Source: a virus | Direction: 5' to 3' (one strand) | Length of the DNA stretch: 64,000 nucleotides | Virus record (IMG/VR): IMGVR_UViG_3300010160_000003 | Coordinates: 1-64,000 of that record | Shown: piece after piece, positions 39,467-49,667 of the stretch | Layout: every line of letters starts with the position of its first letter | How positions within the stretch are numbered: the first letter of the stretch is position 1 | Made by a program: the position numbers and the translations under genes | The notes under the pieces: generated by a model | Databases searched by the model: none | Told to the model about the DNA's origin: nothing | The model's input: only the letters and a program-made list of their open reading frames with translations

Positions 39467-40381
39467 CTACAGTTTTGTCAAACTATAAAAATCTTTAAAG
39501 TTAGTATTAGTAAAGATCTCATACTCTGCAAGAGATCTAATGTTCCCAGCACCAAAAATTCCCTCTTCTTCACCACAAAGTATTCTTTTTTGTTTCTTAT
39601 ATGATATTTCTTCTAACTCTTTCCAAGATAAACCTCTTAGATTTCTATCTCCCCAAATCTTATAGTATCCACCACGAGAATAAAAATGATAAACAATATT
39701 TTTTGCAGGAGAATAAATATCCCAGCCTCTAGTCCAAGCCCTCATAGCAAAACAAATTTCTTCACCAAAGAAACTTAGATCTGGATCGTATGGAAGTTCA
39801 TTAACCATTGCACCATAAGAAAACATAAAACCACCAAGAACGGTCTCTGATATTTCTGGATATTCTTTTATTCTATTTGCAAACTCAACTCTTTCTGCTG
39901 TCCATTGATGTTTTCTATTTAATGCTATTTTCTGTCTAGTTGGATATGACTTTATCTTTGGATGTTTTTTTATTAAATGCATACCGCCATTACTTTCTGG
40001 CTCATATGGAGCAGGGAAATATGAAAGAATGACAGATGAGTGACCAGAAATATTTTTAGCCTTTTCTAGTTGATCAATAGATATAAGGTCCCAGTCTTTT
40101 TGAAACCTTGTATGTGAGTCAACTTGAAGGAAATAGTCTTGATTGGAGTATAGTTCCATGGCTTTTGCTCTTGCATACCCAGCACCTCTGGCTTCTTTAG
40201 AGTGCATAGTTACTAGAGATAAGTTTGGAACTGAGTCAAAGTTTGGCATTTCTAGTGGCAAGCCCTGATAAATAACACCAAAGTATAGGTTTTCTGGATT
40301 GCTGGCATTGTCAATAGCACTTTTAATAGTCCATTCAAGTTCTGGATCACGAAAAGATGCTATAGATATAAAGATTGTCAT
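39467..40381 (-). CDS. Gnt1/GT60-like GlcNAc transferase
   Basis: IFISIASFRDPEL, GAGYARA, LQVDSHTRF...WD, FFGEE and WTRGWDIY motifs. Confidence 0.8.
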   Translation of the reverse strand: MTIFISIASFRDPELEWTIKSAIDNASNPENLYFGVIYQGLPLEMPNFDSVPNLSLVTMHSKEARGAGYARAKAMELYSNQDYFLQVDSHTRFQKDWDLISIDQLEKAKNISGHSSVILSYFPAPYEPESNGGMHLIKKHPKIKSYPTRQKIALNRKHQWTAERVEFANRIKEYPEISETVLGGFMFSYGAMVNELPYDPDLSFFGEEICFAMRAWTRGWDIYSPAKNIVYHFYSRGGYYKIWGDRNLRGLSWKELEEISYKKQKRILCGEEEGIFGAGNIRSLAEYEIFTNTNFKDFYSLTKL

Positions 40382-40608
40382 TTAATAGCCTCTCTTGTAA
40401 CTAACACTATTGCGCCTTCCATTTCTAATGCTTTTTTTGCATTTAATACATATTGTAATGCCTGTATTTTGTCATCATGAACCATCTTTGCAAATACATA
40501 TTCATCTAATTTAATTGTTAAAAAATGTTCATTATCAATTAACTCTACCTTAAAGTTCTTTGGAGGAAGAATAGAATGAAAAGCCCTACGCATTTGATCT
40601 GTGTACAA
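40378..40608 (-). CDS. Hypothetical protein
   Basis: Overlapping operon ORF. Confidence 0.55.
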   Translation of the reverse strand: MYTDQMRRAFHSILPPKNFKVELIDNEHFLTIKLDEYVFAKMVHDDKIQALQYVLNAKKALEMEGAIVLVTREAIK

Positions 40609-40893
40609 TTATGTCTCCATTGTCAATGATTGCCATGTATTAGCCCAATCTTGCTTTGTTTTATGTTTATTAAATTCTCTAGATATATTTCCTAATTCAA
40701 GAAATACACCACCCCAAACACCATATTCTTTGCCAGAAACACCAACAGCAAAACATGTTGTTGATACTGGACATCTTTGGCACATTGAGTCTACAATTGA
40801 ACGGACATCAATGACTTCTTCATACTTATCAAAAAATATATTAGTATCAAGGCCAAGGCAGGCTGCTTCATCTTTCCATAAATGTTGTTTCAT
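40609..40893 (-). CDS. whiB: WhiB-family Fe-S transcription factor
   Basis: C...CxxCPV...C plus YGVWGG. Confidence 0.9.
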   Translation of the reverse strand: MKQHLWKDEAACLGLDTNIFFDKYEEVIDVRSIVDSMCQRCPVSTTCFAVGVSGKEYGVWGGVFLELGNISREFNKHKTKQDWANTWQSLTMET

Positions 40894-41858
40894 TTACTGA
40901 CCGTATTTGTTTGGAATATCCCAACCATTACGATTAAGGTTAAAGGTTTTTTGTAGATACCATGCATTTTTTACACGTACCCCGCTTGGCGATGTTCTGG
41001 CAAGATCTGACCTCTTACGCTCTACAACATCCCAACCTATCCATGCTAGTTCTTTATTTTTTGAAACAATTTTTTCCATATGTGCTAATGAATTGATTAT
41101 CATGATACTCTTTCTATTAATAACGGAATATTCCAACTTCTACATTTTTTAATTCTGCAGAATGGACTAATTTTGATACAGATTGTTTTGGTTTACTTAA
41201 GAATGCAAAATAGTTTATTTGTTCCATATTTTCTTGAACCCAAGATTCTGGAACTTTATAAAACTTTATTTTACGACCCCTGGCTTTCATGCCTCGTTCT
41301 GAAAGGTTTGAGAATTCTGAAACAAAAGAATTAATTCTTACAGGCCCAACGGAATAAATTGTAAATTCTTTTTCATCACTTTTCATTCCCGATAGGGCAA
41401 CGCTCATTGCACGAAGAAATAAGTTGTAGTCATCAAACTCGTTAGTTCCTTGCACCGCCACTATCATTTTTTCTCCCACCATTTAAGTTATCCAGGATGA
41501 ATAACATTTTATTTACTTCTTTTTGAGACATTGTTGATATGTCTATTGGTTTTCCAGTCTCTGGTTTAACTTGACCATTATCTGTATCACCAACATAGAA
41601 CATATTATTAGATACCCAATATGCTTTTTGATCTATTATAAGAAACTTGGTTGTTTTTTTATCTTTCCAAATTTTAGATTGGGAAGAAACAGCCTCGTTA
41701 TCAAAAATATCTCTAAAGAAAAATTCTTTTAACATATTGTGCATATCACTTTGACGATACAATGTTTTATTAAAAGATTTTTTTTCTTTTTTACCTATTA
41801 TTATAAGTATAGAGGAAAACATAGCCAATGTCAAGCCAACAATTAAGGCAATCTCCAT
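40894..41858 (-). CDS. Three hypothetical proteins (40894-41136; 41117-41482 SLOG/YspA-like; 41442-41858 TM-anchored)
   Basis: Overlapping ORFs; IVAVQGTNEFDDY resembles SLOG N-termini. Confidence 0.5.
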
Positions 41859-42042
41859 TGTTTCTCCTAATTATTTAGTTATTTTTTTTGGGAATATTAT
41901 TTTTTTCTAATGCTGGCTCTGTAGGCAAAACCCTAGTAAGTTTTAACTGTGCTTGTAACAAGTTAAACTCCAGATCTGTTGCCCTTTGTTTATAAAATAT
42001 AACTAACTGTTTTACTTCTTCAATTGTTAAATCTTCCATAAT

Positions 42043-42411
42043 TTATTTCCCCCTTATGCTAAATGGACTTCCTTGCCATAGTTTTTCTGTCTTACTTTTT
42101 TCTCTGTTTACTATTGCCCTACTCCAAGCAAACCCTGCATCTCCACCCCAGGCTAACCACATGATCTTCCCATTAGATGGATTCTCTGCATTATCAAAAT
42201 CTTTTCCTTTTTTATCTACTTCGTGACGGGAAAAAAACGAATACATTCTTTTAACTGTATCAAGAGACATGGATGCACCATTTACAATATCTGTTGCTCT
42301 ACCCCAACCTACTGGAGTTCCAGCACCTGTTGCTTTACCATCTTCTTTATACTTTAAGGCACGTCTTGCAGCGGCCTTCATTCCATCATTAGGAGAGTAT
42401 GTATCTGCCAT
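42043..42411 (-). CDS. Conserved phage protein (head-maturation-associated domain)
   Basis: GTPVGWGRA...TVKRMYSFFSRH...WLAWGGDAG. Confidence 0.55.
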   Translation of the reverse strand: MADTYSPNDGMKAAARRALKYKEDGKATGAGTPVGWGRATDIVNGASMSLDTVKRMYSFFSRHEVDKKGKDFDNAENPSNGKIMWLAWGGDAGFAWSRAIVNREKSKTEKLWQGSPFSIRGK

Positions 42412-42544
42412 TATTTATCCTTCTTTGGATGTTTTACTTCATATGGACCAAGAATAGATTTAATTGTACCGTTTTTGTTCATGCGTACAATCTTTCCGTC
42501 CTTAATTTGTGTTGCATTAAATGATTGTGCTTTTTTCTTTGGCA

Positions 42545-43150
42545 TTATTTTAAAAATCCATTCCAAAAATTATCTGATCCTAATTCTTTTTCAGACTTAT
42601 ATGTTCCACCACGACGTTTATATTCAGCAACTACCCAAGCATTTGCATAGGCAGATGGATAAACATCAAACTTATCTTTTGCTGCCTGTACAACTCTTGC
42701 ATAAAGTTTTGGATTTGATGGATTGCTACCACCACTGCGTGGTTTAATAATATTTTCATAGTTTGGCTTTGCTTTGCCAATTGATGAATCATACATTGCC
42801 ATTGCAACTTCTGAATTCATAGAATTATTATTTTGAAGATCTGGAATAAATAATGGTTCAATTTTTGTTACCATAGAGGCCTTTACACCAATTAAATATT
42901 CAGTTTCATCCCAACCATAGTCTTCCTCAAATTCAAGAATACGGACTAAGACTACTGGCTCTTCTGTTGAGGCTTTTAATGAATAGTCAGAGTATTCTAT
43001 TCCAAACATGCCATCCACCATCACATACTGAATAATTCCAACATATGTTTCATCTTCTCCTGTTGTAATAACAAAATCACCTTCTACAGGCATTGACTTT
43101 TCTAGGCTTGTAATAACCCTATATTCTCCTACTGGCTTACCTACTGGCAT
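42545..43150 (-). CDS. Hypothetical phage protein
   Basis: C-terminal KFDVYPSAYANAWVVAEYKRRGG domain. Confidence 0.55.
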   Translation of the reverse strand: MPVGKPVGEYRVITSLEKSMPVEGDFVITTGEDETYVGIIQYVMVDGMFGIEYSDYSLKASTEEPVVLVRILEFEEDYGWDETEYLIGVKASMVTKIEPLFIPDLQNNNSMNSEVAMAMYDSSIGKAKPNYENIIKPRSGGSNPSNPKLYARVVQAAKDKFDVYPSAYANAWVVAEYKRRGGTYKSEKELGSDNFWNGFLK

Positions 43151-43188
43151 AGCAATCCTCCTAGTTTATACATTGATTATATCAGACT

Positions 43189-43518
43189 TTACTTTAGTAA
43201 TAATCGCTTGACTTCTTCTAATGCCCAGATTTCAGGCTTAGTAAGTTTAGAAATCTCATTTTTATCTAGTCCTTTTTCAGATATAGTCACTATTGGATCT
43301 GGTAATAAAAGGTCAATATTTACATACCCTTTTTCCCATAAATTTAATAGATTATCATTGACTGTCTTAAGATGATCTTCATATAAATCTGGCATAACTT
43401 CTTTCATTTTAGAGGTTATAGCATAAAGAAATTCTCCATTTTCAGAGTCTAGTCCAGCAACCTCTAAGGCCCCTTTAAGTATAAGATTATTTATTAAATC
43501 ATCTTCGTTGTTATTCAT
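43189..43518 (-). CDS. Hypothetical (possibly winged-helix) protein
   Basis: LWEKGYV...TISEKG. Confidence 0.5.
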   Translation of the reverse strand: MNNNEDDLINNLILKGALEVAGLDSENGEFLYAITSKMKEVMPDLYEDHLKTVNDNLLNLWEKGYVNIDLLLPDPIVTISEKGLDKNEISKLTKPEIWALEEVKRLLLK

Positions 43519-43768
43519 ATTTAATTAATTCCTCTAACTGTTGCCTTGTCTTTGCACCAGTTACACGGTGAATTTCTTTGTTATTTTTCATTACTACAAA
43601 AGTAGGAACAGATTTAATCTCAAAATCTTGAGCCATCTCAATTTCTAAATCAACATCAATAATAAAAAATTTAGCCATTGTTTGTTCACGATTTAAGTCT
43701 TCAACGATTGGCTTTGTTTGTTTACACGGACCACACCAATCAGCAGTAAAATAAAGAATAATATTCAT
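43511..43768 (-). CDS. trxA: Thioredoxin
   Basis: WCGPC active site and SVPT. Confidence 0.92.
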   Translation of the reverse strand: MNIILYFTADWCGPCKQTKPIVEDLNREQTMAKFFIIDVDLEIEMAQDFEIKSVPTFVVMKNNKEIHRVTGAKTRQQLEELIKYE

Positions 43769-44175
43769 TACTTACCTGATTTTAATCTAGCCTTTTTAAG
43801 TGCCTGGAAATCTTTAACTTTAGTATCGCCAAGGTAACCCCAAGCATAACCATCATTAATCATTTTATCATTGATAGATATTGTATCTCCATTAACATAT
43901 ACCCAGCCTAAGATACGACCATACTTTTCAGATGAGTCCATTTTTTCAGTCTTAATTACAACAGACTTAGCATCCTTTAGAGCCTTCTTAAGGTACTCTT
44001 TGGCCTCAAGACCAAGAGCCTTTTCAGCAAGATCCTTTGTCCTAGACTCAGGGGTATCAATACCAGCCAATCTTACACGGGACTGAAATAAAATATCAAA
44101 CCCTAAATCAATAAGAACGTCAATGGTATCTCCATCTACTACGTTCTCTACTTTTCTAACATAATACTCATACAT
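43768..44175 (-). CDS. Thermonuclease (SNase) family
   Basis: VVDGDT, VRLAGIDTPE and KYGRILG motifs. Confidence 0.9.
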   Translation of the reverse strand: MYEYYVRKVENVVDGDTIDVLIDLGFDILFQSRVRLAGIDTPESRTKDLAEKALGLEAKEYLKKALKDAKSVVIKTEKMDSSEKYGRILGWVYVNGDTISINDKMINDGYAWGYLGDTKVKDFQALKKARLKSGK

Positions 44176-44425
44176 AATCTTTATCCTTTAATTTATTTTG
44201 AACCAATTTATCTCGTTCGTCTATAACCGTAAGAGCAAAAGACATCATCTTTTTATATCCACCTGAATCATTCATAATCTTATTATAGTGATGCCCACAA
44301 AACATTAAATCTCCAGATATTCCAGTTACTTTAACCAGTGCTTCTGATGGACAAGAATCACAACGATCTGTTGCTTTTAATAGCCATTCTTTTTCTGCAA
44401 CATCTTCTGTAATTGTCATATTCAT
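44168..44425 (-). CDS. Small zinc-binding protein
   Basis: DRCDSC...LMFCGHH. Confidence 0.6.
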   Translation of the reverse strand: MNMTITEDVAEKEWLLKATDRCDSCPSEALVKVTGISGDLMFCGHHYNKIMNDSGGYKKMMSFALTVIDERDKLVQNKLKDKDYV

Positions 44426-44434
44426 ATTATACTG

Positions 44435-44608
44435 CTACTTTCTGTTGTCGGTTGAGTAAAATCCAGTACCGTTAAATATAGCGGTAGGTGCAGACCATTG
44501 CCTTGTCATTGTTTGATTACAACATGATGGTTCTATATCTTCACCATATTCTCTTTTGAATTCAGTAGATATTGAACACACTGTGCATTTATAATCATAA
44601 ACTGGCAT
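44435..44608 (-). CDS. FmdB-like zinc-ribbon protein (not in ORF track)
   Basis: MPVYDYKCTVC...CC...FNGTGFYSTD. Confidence 0.75.
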   Translation of the reverse strand: MPVYDYKCTVCSISTEFKREYGEDIEPSCCNQTMTRQWSAPTAIFNGTGFYSTDNRK

Positions 44609-45390
44609 TACTTGCTCTCTAATACTTTAAGTGTAATTGCGTCTACAATGCCATTTGCAGAAAGTTTTTTTGATAATTGAAAAACCTTAACAGCCTTTTC
44701 AGTACTTGGACCAAATTCACCATCTGACTTAATACCAAGAAGTGTTTGAACATTCTTTACTTCCTGACCTTTTGATCCAAACTTTAATGGTTTAAATGGT
44801 TGTGGTGCAGACTTCTTTACAGGAGCAGACGTTTTTGCTACAGGTGCTACATTACGTTTTGAGAGCAATGGGGAGTTCTCTTCACCAGCATATACTGGAC
44901 GGCCCCAGCCAACAACGGCATTAATTAATTTCTTCTTGTTATCTTTTACATAACCACGAGTTTTTTCAACACACATTCCTCCATTGCGTTGATCTCCCTT
45001 TGCAGTTCCTGAAGTGTTTCCTTCAATAACTTGGATTGTTCCATCACCATTATTTTTAATGCAAATACCAACATGTGAAATACGATTTACACCATCATCT
45101 GGAAAATCAAAATAAATCCAGTCTCCTGCTTGTGGATCATCATTACGTGCATCTGACCAACGACCTTCTTTTTTAAACTGATCTGATGCTGCTACTGTTG
45201 ACGCAGACTTTGGGAACTTTGAAACTCCCGCTGACATTGCACACCAAGAAACAAATGATTGGCACCATGGTTGAAAGTTAACCTTAATCCATGCACCGTA
45301 CTTTGTTTCGTTATCTTTAGGACCTTCAATGGTTCCTAACTCTTTCTTTGCAACCTCAATGATTGCTTCTAATGTACCTTTTTGTGTCAT
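44608..45390 (-). CDS. Endolysin (CHAP amidase plus peptidoglycan-binding domain)
   Basis: PWCQSFVSW, SHVG and IEGNT motifs; C-terminal LKFGSKG..V..VQ...DGEFGPSTEKAVKVFQ. Confidence 0.9.
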   Translation of the reverse strand: MTQKGTLEAIIEVAKKELGTIEGPKDNETKYGAWIKVNFQPWCQSFVSWCAMSAGVSKFPKSASTVAASDQFKKEGRWSDARNDDPQAGDWIYFDFPDDGVNRISHVGICIKNNGDGTIQVIEGNTSGTAKGDQRNGGMCVEKTRGYVKDNKKKLINAVVGWGRPVYAGEENSPLLSKRNVAPVAKTSAPVKKSAPQPFKPLKFGSKGQEVKNVQTLLGIKSDGEFGPSTEKAVKVFQLSKKLSANGIVDAITLKVLESK

Positions 45391-45427
45391 TATTCCTCCT
45401 GTTTAAATGCTACATTCTATTATATCA

Positions 45428-45703
45428 TTACGAGTCTTTAGATGTCAAACGGTTATATGTTCTTATCCTATGACAATTTGAGCAAACAACCTCACATTTT
45501 GCTATCTCTTTTTTAATTGCTGCCCAAGAAAAACCATCGTGAATCATTCTTGAAACATTATATTTTTTATTACTGAGATGATCAAAATCTAAAACAATAT
45601 GATTTTTTTCTCCACAATCAAAACAACCAGAAGACTCTTTTATTTCCTTTAAGCGTTGCTTAAATTGTTTCTTGCTATAACTTGCCAACTCTTTGTCAGT
45701 CAT
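45428..45703 (-). CDS. HNH endonuclease
   Basis: CFDC...LDFDH...EIAKCEVVCSNCH. Confidence 0.8.
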   Translation of the reverse strand: MTDKELASYSKKQFKQRLKEIKESSGCFDCGEKNHIVLDFDHLSNKKYNVSRMIHDGFSWAAIKKEIAKCEVVCSNCHRIRTYNRLTSKDS

Positions 45704-45733
45704 ATTAATGCAATTATATCAGAATAATTAAAA

Positions 45734-45818
45734 GCCCCACACAGGCAATTCACCTGACTTGCGCCACGGTCTCTATCCAATGGGTAACTAATCCATCACT
45801 AAGGTCCTGTGTGGGGAC
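45734..45818 (-). ncRNA. Candidate ~85 nt structured small RNA
   Basis: TATAAT at 45829-45824; 11 bp terminal stem CCCCACACAGG/CCTGTGTGGGG; two internal hairpins, one with a GCAA tetraloop; U-tract after. Confidence 0.55.
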
Positions 45819-45829
45819 ATTCTATTATA

Positions 45830-46246
45830 CTACTTTATCTTAATTGTTTTTGGTTTCTTTTCTTCTGGAACAATACGATCTACATTAATATGTAGCATAC
45901 CATCCTTCATTTCTGCACCAGTTACTTCCATGTATTCTCCAAGAGCAAATGTACGAGTAAACTTTCTACCTGCAATTCCTTTGTGAACAATTTCAGCATC
46001 TATTACTTCTACAATTTCTCCTTTAATAATGAGTGTTGCATTATCTACTGAGAGATTAATATCTTCCTTTGAAAATCCAGCAATTGCTAAAGAAATTCTA
46101 TATGTATCTTCATCTAATTTAAGAAGATCATATGGAGGATATGATTGTGAATTTGTTTTATGTGCTGCATTTAATCGGACTAACTCTTTGTTAAATCCAA
46201 TAAAAAAAGGATCATTGAATAGATCCATATCTCGTGTTACTACCAT
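45830..46246 (-). CDS. Small heat-shock protein Hsp20 (IbpA-like)
   Basis: SYPPYD, AIAGF, HKGIA.RKF and DGMLHI motifs. Confidence 0.92.
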   Translation of the reverse strand: MVVTRDMDLFNDPFFIGFNKELVRLNAAHKTNSQSYPPYDLLKLDEDTYRISLAIAGFSKEDINLSVDNATLIIKGEIVEVIDAEIVHKGIAGRKFTRTFALGEYMEVTGAEMKDGMLHINVDRIVPEEKKPKTIKIK

Positions 46247-46307
46247 TTTATTCCCCTTTCAAGCGAATAAGTTAAATTAGTACCCCCTAACGGCAGGTAC
46301 ATAATAA

Positions 46308-46493
46308 TTATATCATAAGTCTTACAACATGCTCACACGGATCTCCGCCATCTTCCCACTCTTGAATTTCTTCTTCACTCATATACTGAGTTCCACCATC
46401 ATGAGTATGACAATAAGGGTCAGTTACCCAACCTCTTTCAATACCGTTTCTTAGCCAAATTCCAAACTCTAAGTCTTCTTCATCATTAATCAT
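46308..46493 (-). CDS. Hypothetical protein
   Basis: CHTHDG...GGDPCEH. Confidence 0.6.
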   Translation of the reverse strand: MINDEEDLEFGIWLRNGIERGWVTDPYCHTHDGGTQYMSEEEIQEWEDGGDPCEHVVRLMI

Positions 46494-46508
46494 ATTTTAA
46501 TTATACTC

Positions 46509-47033
46509 CTAAATGCTTACTATGTCAACTGGACCCATGCAGGATGGATTAAATTTGATAGCAGCGTTGACTGCTTGCATTACTCTATTTCTTGCATTTT
46601 TTTGTTTATCTGTTGCATATAAAACACCATAAGCGTACTCTGCTCCAGAACCCATAGCAAGATATGGCAAATTATATTTAGATAAAGACATATCTGAAGA
46701 ATTATGTTCATATATTTGTCCACGAATACAAATAATTAGTCCAAGATCTCCATCTTTTGATGTATCAATCCAGAACTCATTATAAAATTCTTTTAGTTCT
46801 TTAACAAACTTTGTTTGCATAAATCTATCTGTGTCTTTAATGTTAGGAGTAGTTGGTTTAAAGTTATAACGGATTCTTTCTCCGTCCATTGCACCTGCAT
46901 ACCCAATAAGATAAGGTCCTATTTTCCAAACTTTTGGTGATTCAAGTGCTAAGATAGTTTTATCATCTGATGCTCCACGATCTCCAGCCATATAAATTTT
47001 ATCTTCATGGCGGACAACAGCAATGCAAGTCAT
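46509..47033 (-). CDS. HslV / proteasome-beta-like Ntn peptidase
   Basis: N-terminal Thr (MTCIAV), MAGD and AMGSG. Confidence 0.75.
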   Translation of the reverse strand: MTCIAVVRHEDKIYMAGDRGASDDKTILALESPKVWKIGPYLIGYAGAMDGERIRYNFKPTTPNIKDTDRFMQTKFVKELKEFYNEFWIDTSKDGDLGLIICIRGQIYEHNSSDMSLSKYNLPYLAMGSGAEYAYGVLYATDKQKNARNRVMQAVNAAIKFNPSCMGPVDIVSI

Positions 47034-47110
47034 GACAAACCCCTCCCAGACTAGGTATATTCAAGTATACCATTGCCTAGAAGGGGTGTCAAGCAAGGTC
47101 TAAAATATGG

Positions 47111-47395
47111 CTAATTAGCCTTTTTGTCTACTGATTTAAATGCATCATTGATTTCTGACAATGATAGCCTTCCATCGTCCAAAAAAGCCCTTGCCAGCCT
47201 TTCAATAACAGTGGCTACTCCTAATAGTCCTGCTAATAATACAGCCTGCATAGTTTCAATTCCTACTACGGCTCCTGCTCCCAAGACTGATAGTCCTGAT
47301 GCTGCGAATACCGCAAGAATTCTCATTAGAATATTTGTTATTGCTTTCTGTGGGTGCTCCTGCTTTGGGGGTTCTACTATTTTTTTAGTTGCCAT
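47111..47395 (-). CDS. Small membrane protein
   Basis: Two TM helices; DDGRLS..EI tail. Confidence 0.6.
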   Translation of the reverse strand: MATKKIVEPPKQEHPQKAITNILMRILAVFAASGLSVLGAGAVVGIETMQAVLLAGLLGVATVIERLARAFLDDGRLSLSEINDAFKSVDKKAN

Positions 47396-47568
47396 TATTC
47401 ATTATCTCTATTTCTAATTGGATACGTAACTGCCCATGCAATTAATGTACATACAATTGCATAACCAACTATTGTTTTTGCAGAGCCATCTAGAACTACC
47501 CAAGCAATAAACATACCTAGAAGTGTCCAAAGTTGGTCTATCATATCTTGCATTATTTTCTTTATCAT
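47395..47568 (-). CDS. Small membrane protein (57 aa, not in ORF track)
   Basis: DQLWTLLGMFIAWVVLDGSAK...; overlaps both neighbours. Confidence 0.6.
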   Translation of the reverse strand: MIKKIMQDMIDQLWTLLGMFIAWVVLDGSAKTIVGYAIVCTLIAWAVTYPIRNRDNE

Positions 47569-49667
47569 GGTTTTCTTCTCCTTATTCCCTTGGAATCGCC
47601 AGAGGCTCCTCCGCCACTTGATCCTCCAGAATTACCTCCTGTGGATCCTCCAGTGGTTCCTGCTGCAGCACCAACAGCACTTAATGCTGCTCCTGTTGCA
47701 ATAACTGTTGCGACAACCATTTTAGTTGCCTCTTCTCTTTCTCCTGGAGTCATGTCTGCTCCAATGCTTCCAATTGCAGCAAGGGCTGCACCTGGGTCTG
47801 TAAATACTGCTTCTAATAGTGCTCCTGCATCTGTAACCAATTCTACATTTGCAGCAACTTCTGCAGTAATAACAAGTGCCTCTCCAGATTCAGAAATTCT
47901 AATCTCAATTGGAGTTTCTGGTGGAAGGTCTGAATATGAAACTCCAGATGCTTTAACTTCTTCTGCAGAGATTGATTCTCCTGGTTCTAAATCTGCTATT
48001 AATGATGTAACAACTGCAATAATTTCTTCATTTGATAATTCTTTTCCTTGTTTTGCTTCTTCTGCAATCTTAGCAAGTTTTTCCTCTTGAGCCTTATTTG
48101 CTTCCTCTTCTGCTTTAGCCTTCTCATCTTCTGCCTTTGCTTTTGCTTCTTCAGCAGCCTTTTGCTCTGCTAATTTATTAGCCTCTTCTTCTGCTTTGGC
48201 TTTAGCCTCTTGTTCTGTTTTTAGTTGTTCCTCTTCTGCAAGCCTATCTTTTTCTTTTTGTTCTTCCACTGCTTTTTCAGCAGCAATTTTTTCTGCTTCA
48301 AGTCTTGCATCTTCTTCTGCCTTTAGTTTTGCTTCTTCTGCAATTCTTGCTTCTTCTTCAGCCTTTTGTGTAGCCAACTCTGCAGCAATTCTTTTTTCTT
48401 CTGCAATCTTTGCAGCAGCCTCTGCTTCTAAACGATCAGCCTCTGCTTTTGCTGCTGCCTCTGCAGCGATGACTGCTAATCTTTCTGATTCAATTCGTGC
48501 TGCCTCTTCAATCGCAGCAAGTCTTGCTTCTTCTTGTTCTGCTATTATACGGTCTGCTTCTTGCTGGGCTGCTAACAATGCTGCTGCTTCTCTTTCAAGT
48601 CTTGCAACTTCTTCTAATCTAACAATTTCTGCTAACCTAGCAATTTCTGCTAATCTTGCTTCTTCAGCAAGTCTTGCAATTTCTGCTAATCTTGCTATTT
48701 CAACAGCAACTGCTGCTAATCTTGCATTTTCTGCATCTATAATTGCTTGTGCTGCTGCTACTTCCGCAGCAACTTCTTCTGCAGTCTTTCCAATTTTAAG
48801 TGTAACAACATTTGAGTTTTCAGAGTAAAGGGCTAATGTATCGTTGTCTGACCTAATATGAAATGACCATATGGTTCCACTTGGCATTAAACTTTCAAGT
48901 AGTGAATGATCAATTGTTATTGTTGTATTTAAAGAATTAGGACCTCCAACATTTCCAGTCGCAATTCCCCAGCCATTACACCCAGAACAATTAAAACTTA
49001 TTGCATATCTTTCTGGCTGAGTATTACCCGTATCTGGAGCATCCCAATCTAAAACTGTTGCAGTTGAACCATCAACCACGGTCAAATTTCTTGGAGCACC
49101 TATAGTTTTTACTATTGGGGCTGCTACTGAGGTAAATGCTTCTGCTGGAATAACTTGCATTGATCCAGACTGATCCCATAATAATTGAACCCAAGCACCC
49201 CCACCATTTTCATAATATATTAGTTCTATAGTTTTAGGGACTCCTGCTGTAAATGATACTGGAGAACTTGTAGTTCCTCCACCACCTTTATCAGTCCAGT
49301 CATTTGTTATTAGATTCCCGTCAAGGTAGAGTTTAGTTCCGTCATCTGCTTGTGCTAAAAATGAGATATTTTGTGTAGTATTACTAATGATTGATCCTGT
49401 ATACCTAACTATTACATCTTCAGTATTAGATGTACCTAAGATACCGCCACTTCCCCACTGGAAGTCAATATTTGGAACATTGGTAGTTAGTATAGGAGAA
49501 GCCCCCTGTGGTATATAAGGAGCATTATTTTGTCCCAGTACATCATAGACTTCAGCAGTTAAACCTTCTGCTGCATGTGCTTTATCAATACCTACAAGCA
49601 GTGGAAATAAAACAAATGATAGTATTAAAATTATGCGTAATAATTTGTTCAAGTAGGGGCCTTTCAT
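47565..49667 (-). CDS. Secreted PA14 + FN3-like + coiled-coil surface protein
   Basis: Signal peptide (AHA); PA14 IDFQWG...ADDG...YYENGGG; long E/A/K/R stalk; hydrophobic Gly-rich C-terminus. Confidence 0.8.
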   Translation of the reverse strand: MKGPYLNKLLRIILILSFVLFPLLVGIDKAHAAEGLTAEVYDVLGQNNAPYIPQGASPILTTNVPNIDFQWGSGGILGTSNTEDVIVRYTGSIISNTTQNISFLAQADDGTKLYLDGNLITNDWTDKGGGGTTSSPVSFTAGVPKTIELIYYENGGGAWVQLLWDQSGSMQVIPAEAFTSVAAPIVKTIGAPRNLTVVDGSTATVLDWDAPDTGNTQPERYAISFNCSGCNGWGIATGNVGGPNSLNTTITIDHSLLESLMPSGTIWSFHIRSDNDTLALYSENSNVVTLKIGKTAEEVAAEVAAAQAIIDAENARLAAVAVEIARLAEIARLAEEARLAEIARLAEIVRLEEVARLEREAAALLAAQQEADRIIAEQEEARLAAIEEAARIESERLAVIAAEAAAKAEADRLEAEAAAKIAEEKRIAAELATQKAEEEARIAEEAKLKAEEDARLEAEKIAAEKAVEEQKEKDRLAEEEQLKTEQEAKAKAEEEANKLAEQKAAEEAKAKAEDEKAKAEEEANKAQEEKLAKIAEEAKQGKELSNEEIIAVVTSLIADLEPGESISAEEVKASGVSYSDLPPETPIEIRISESGEALVITAEVAANVELVTDAGALLEAVFTDPGAALAAIGSIGADMTPGEREEATKMVVATVIATGAALSAVGAAAGTTGGSTGGNSGGSSGGGASGDSKGIRRRKP

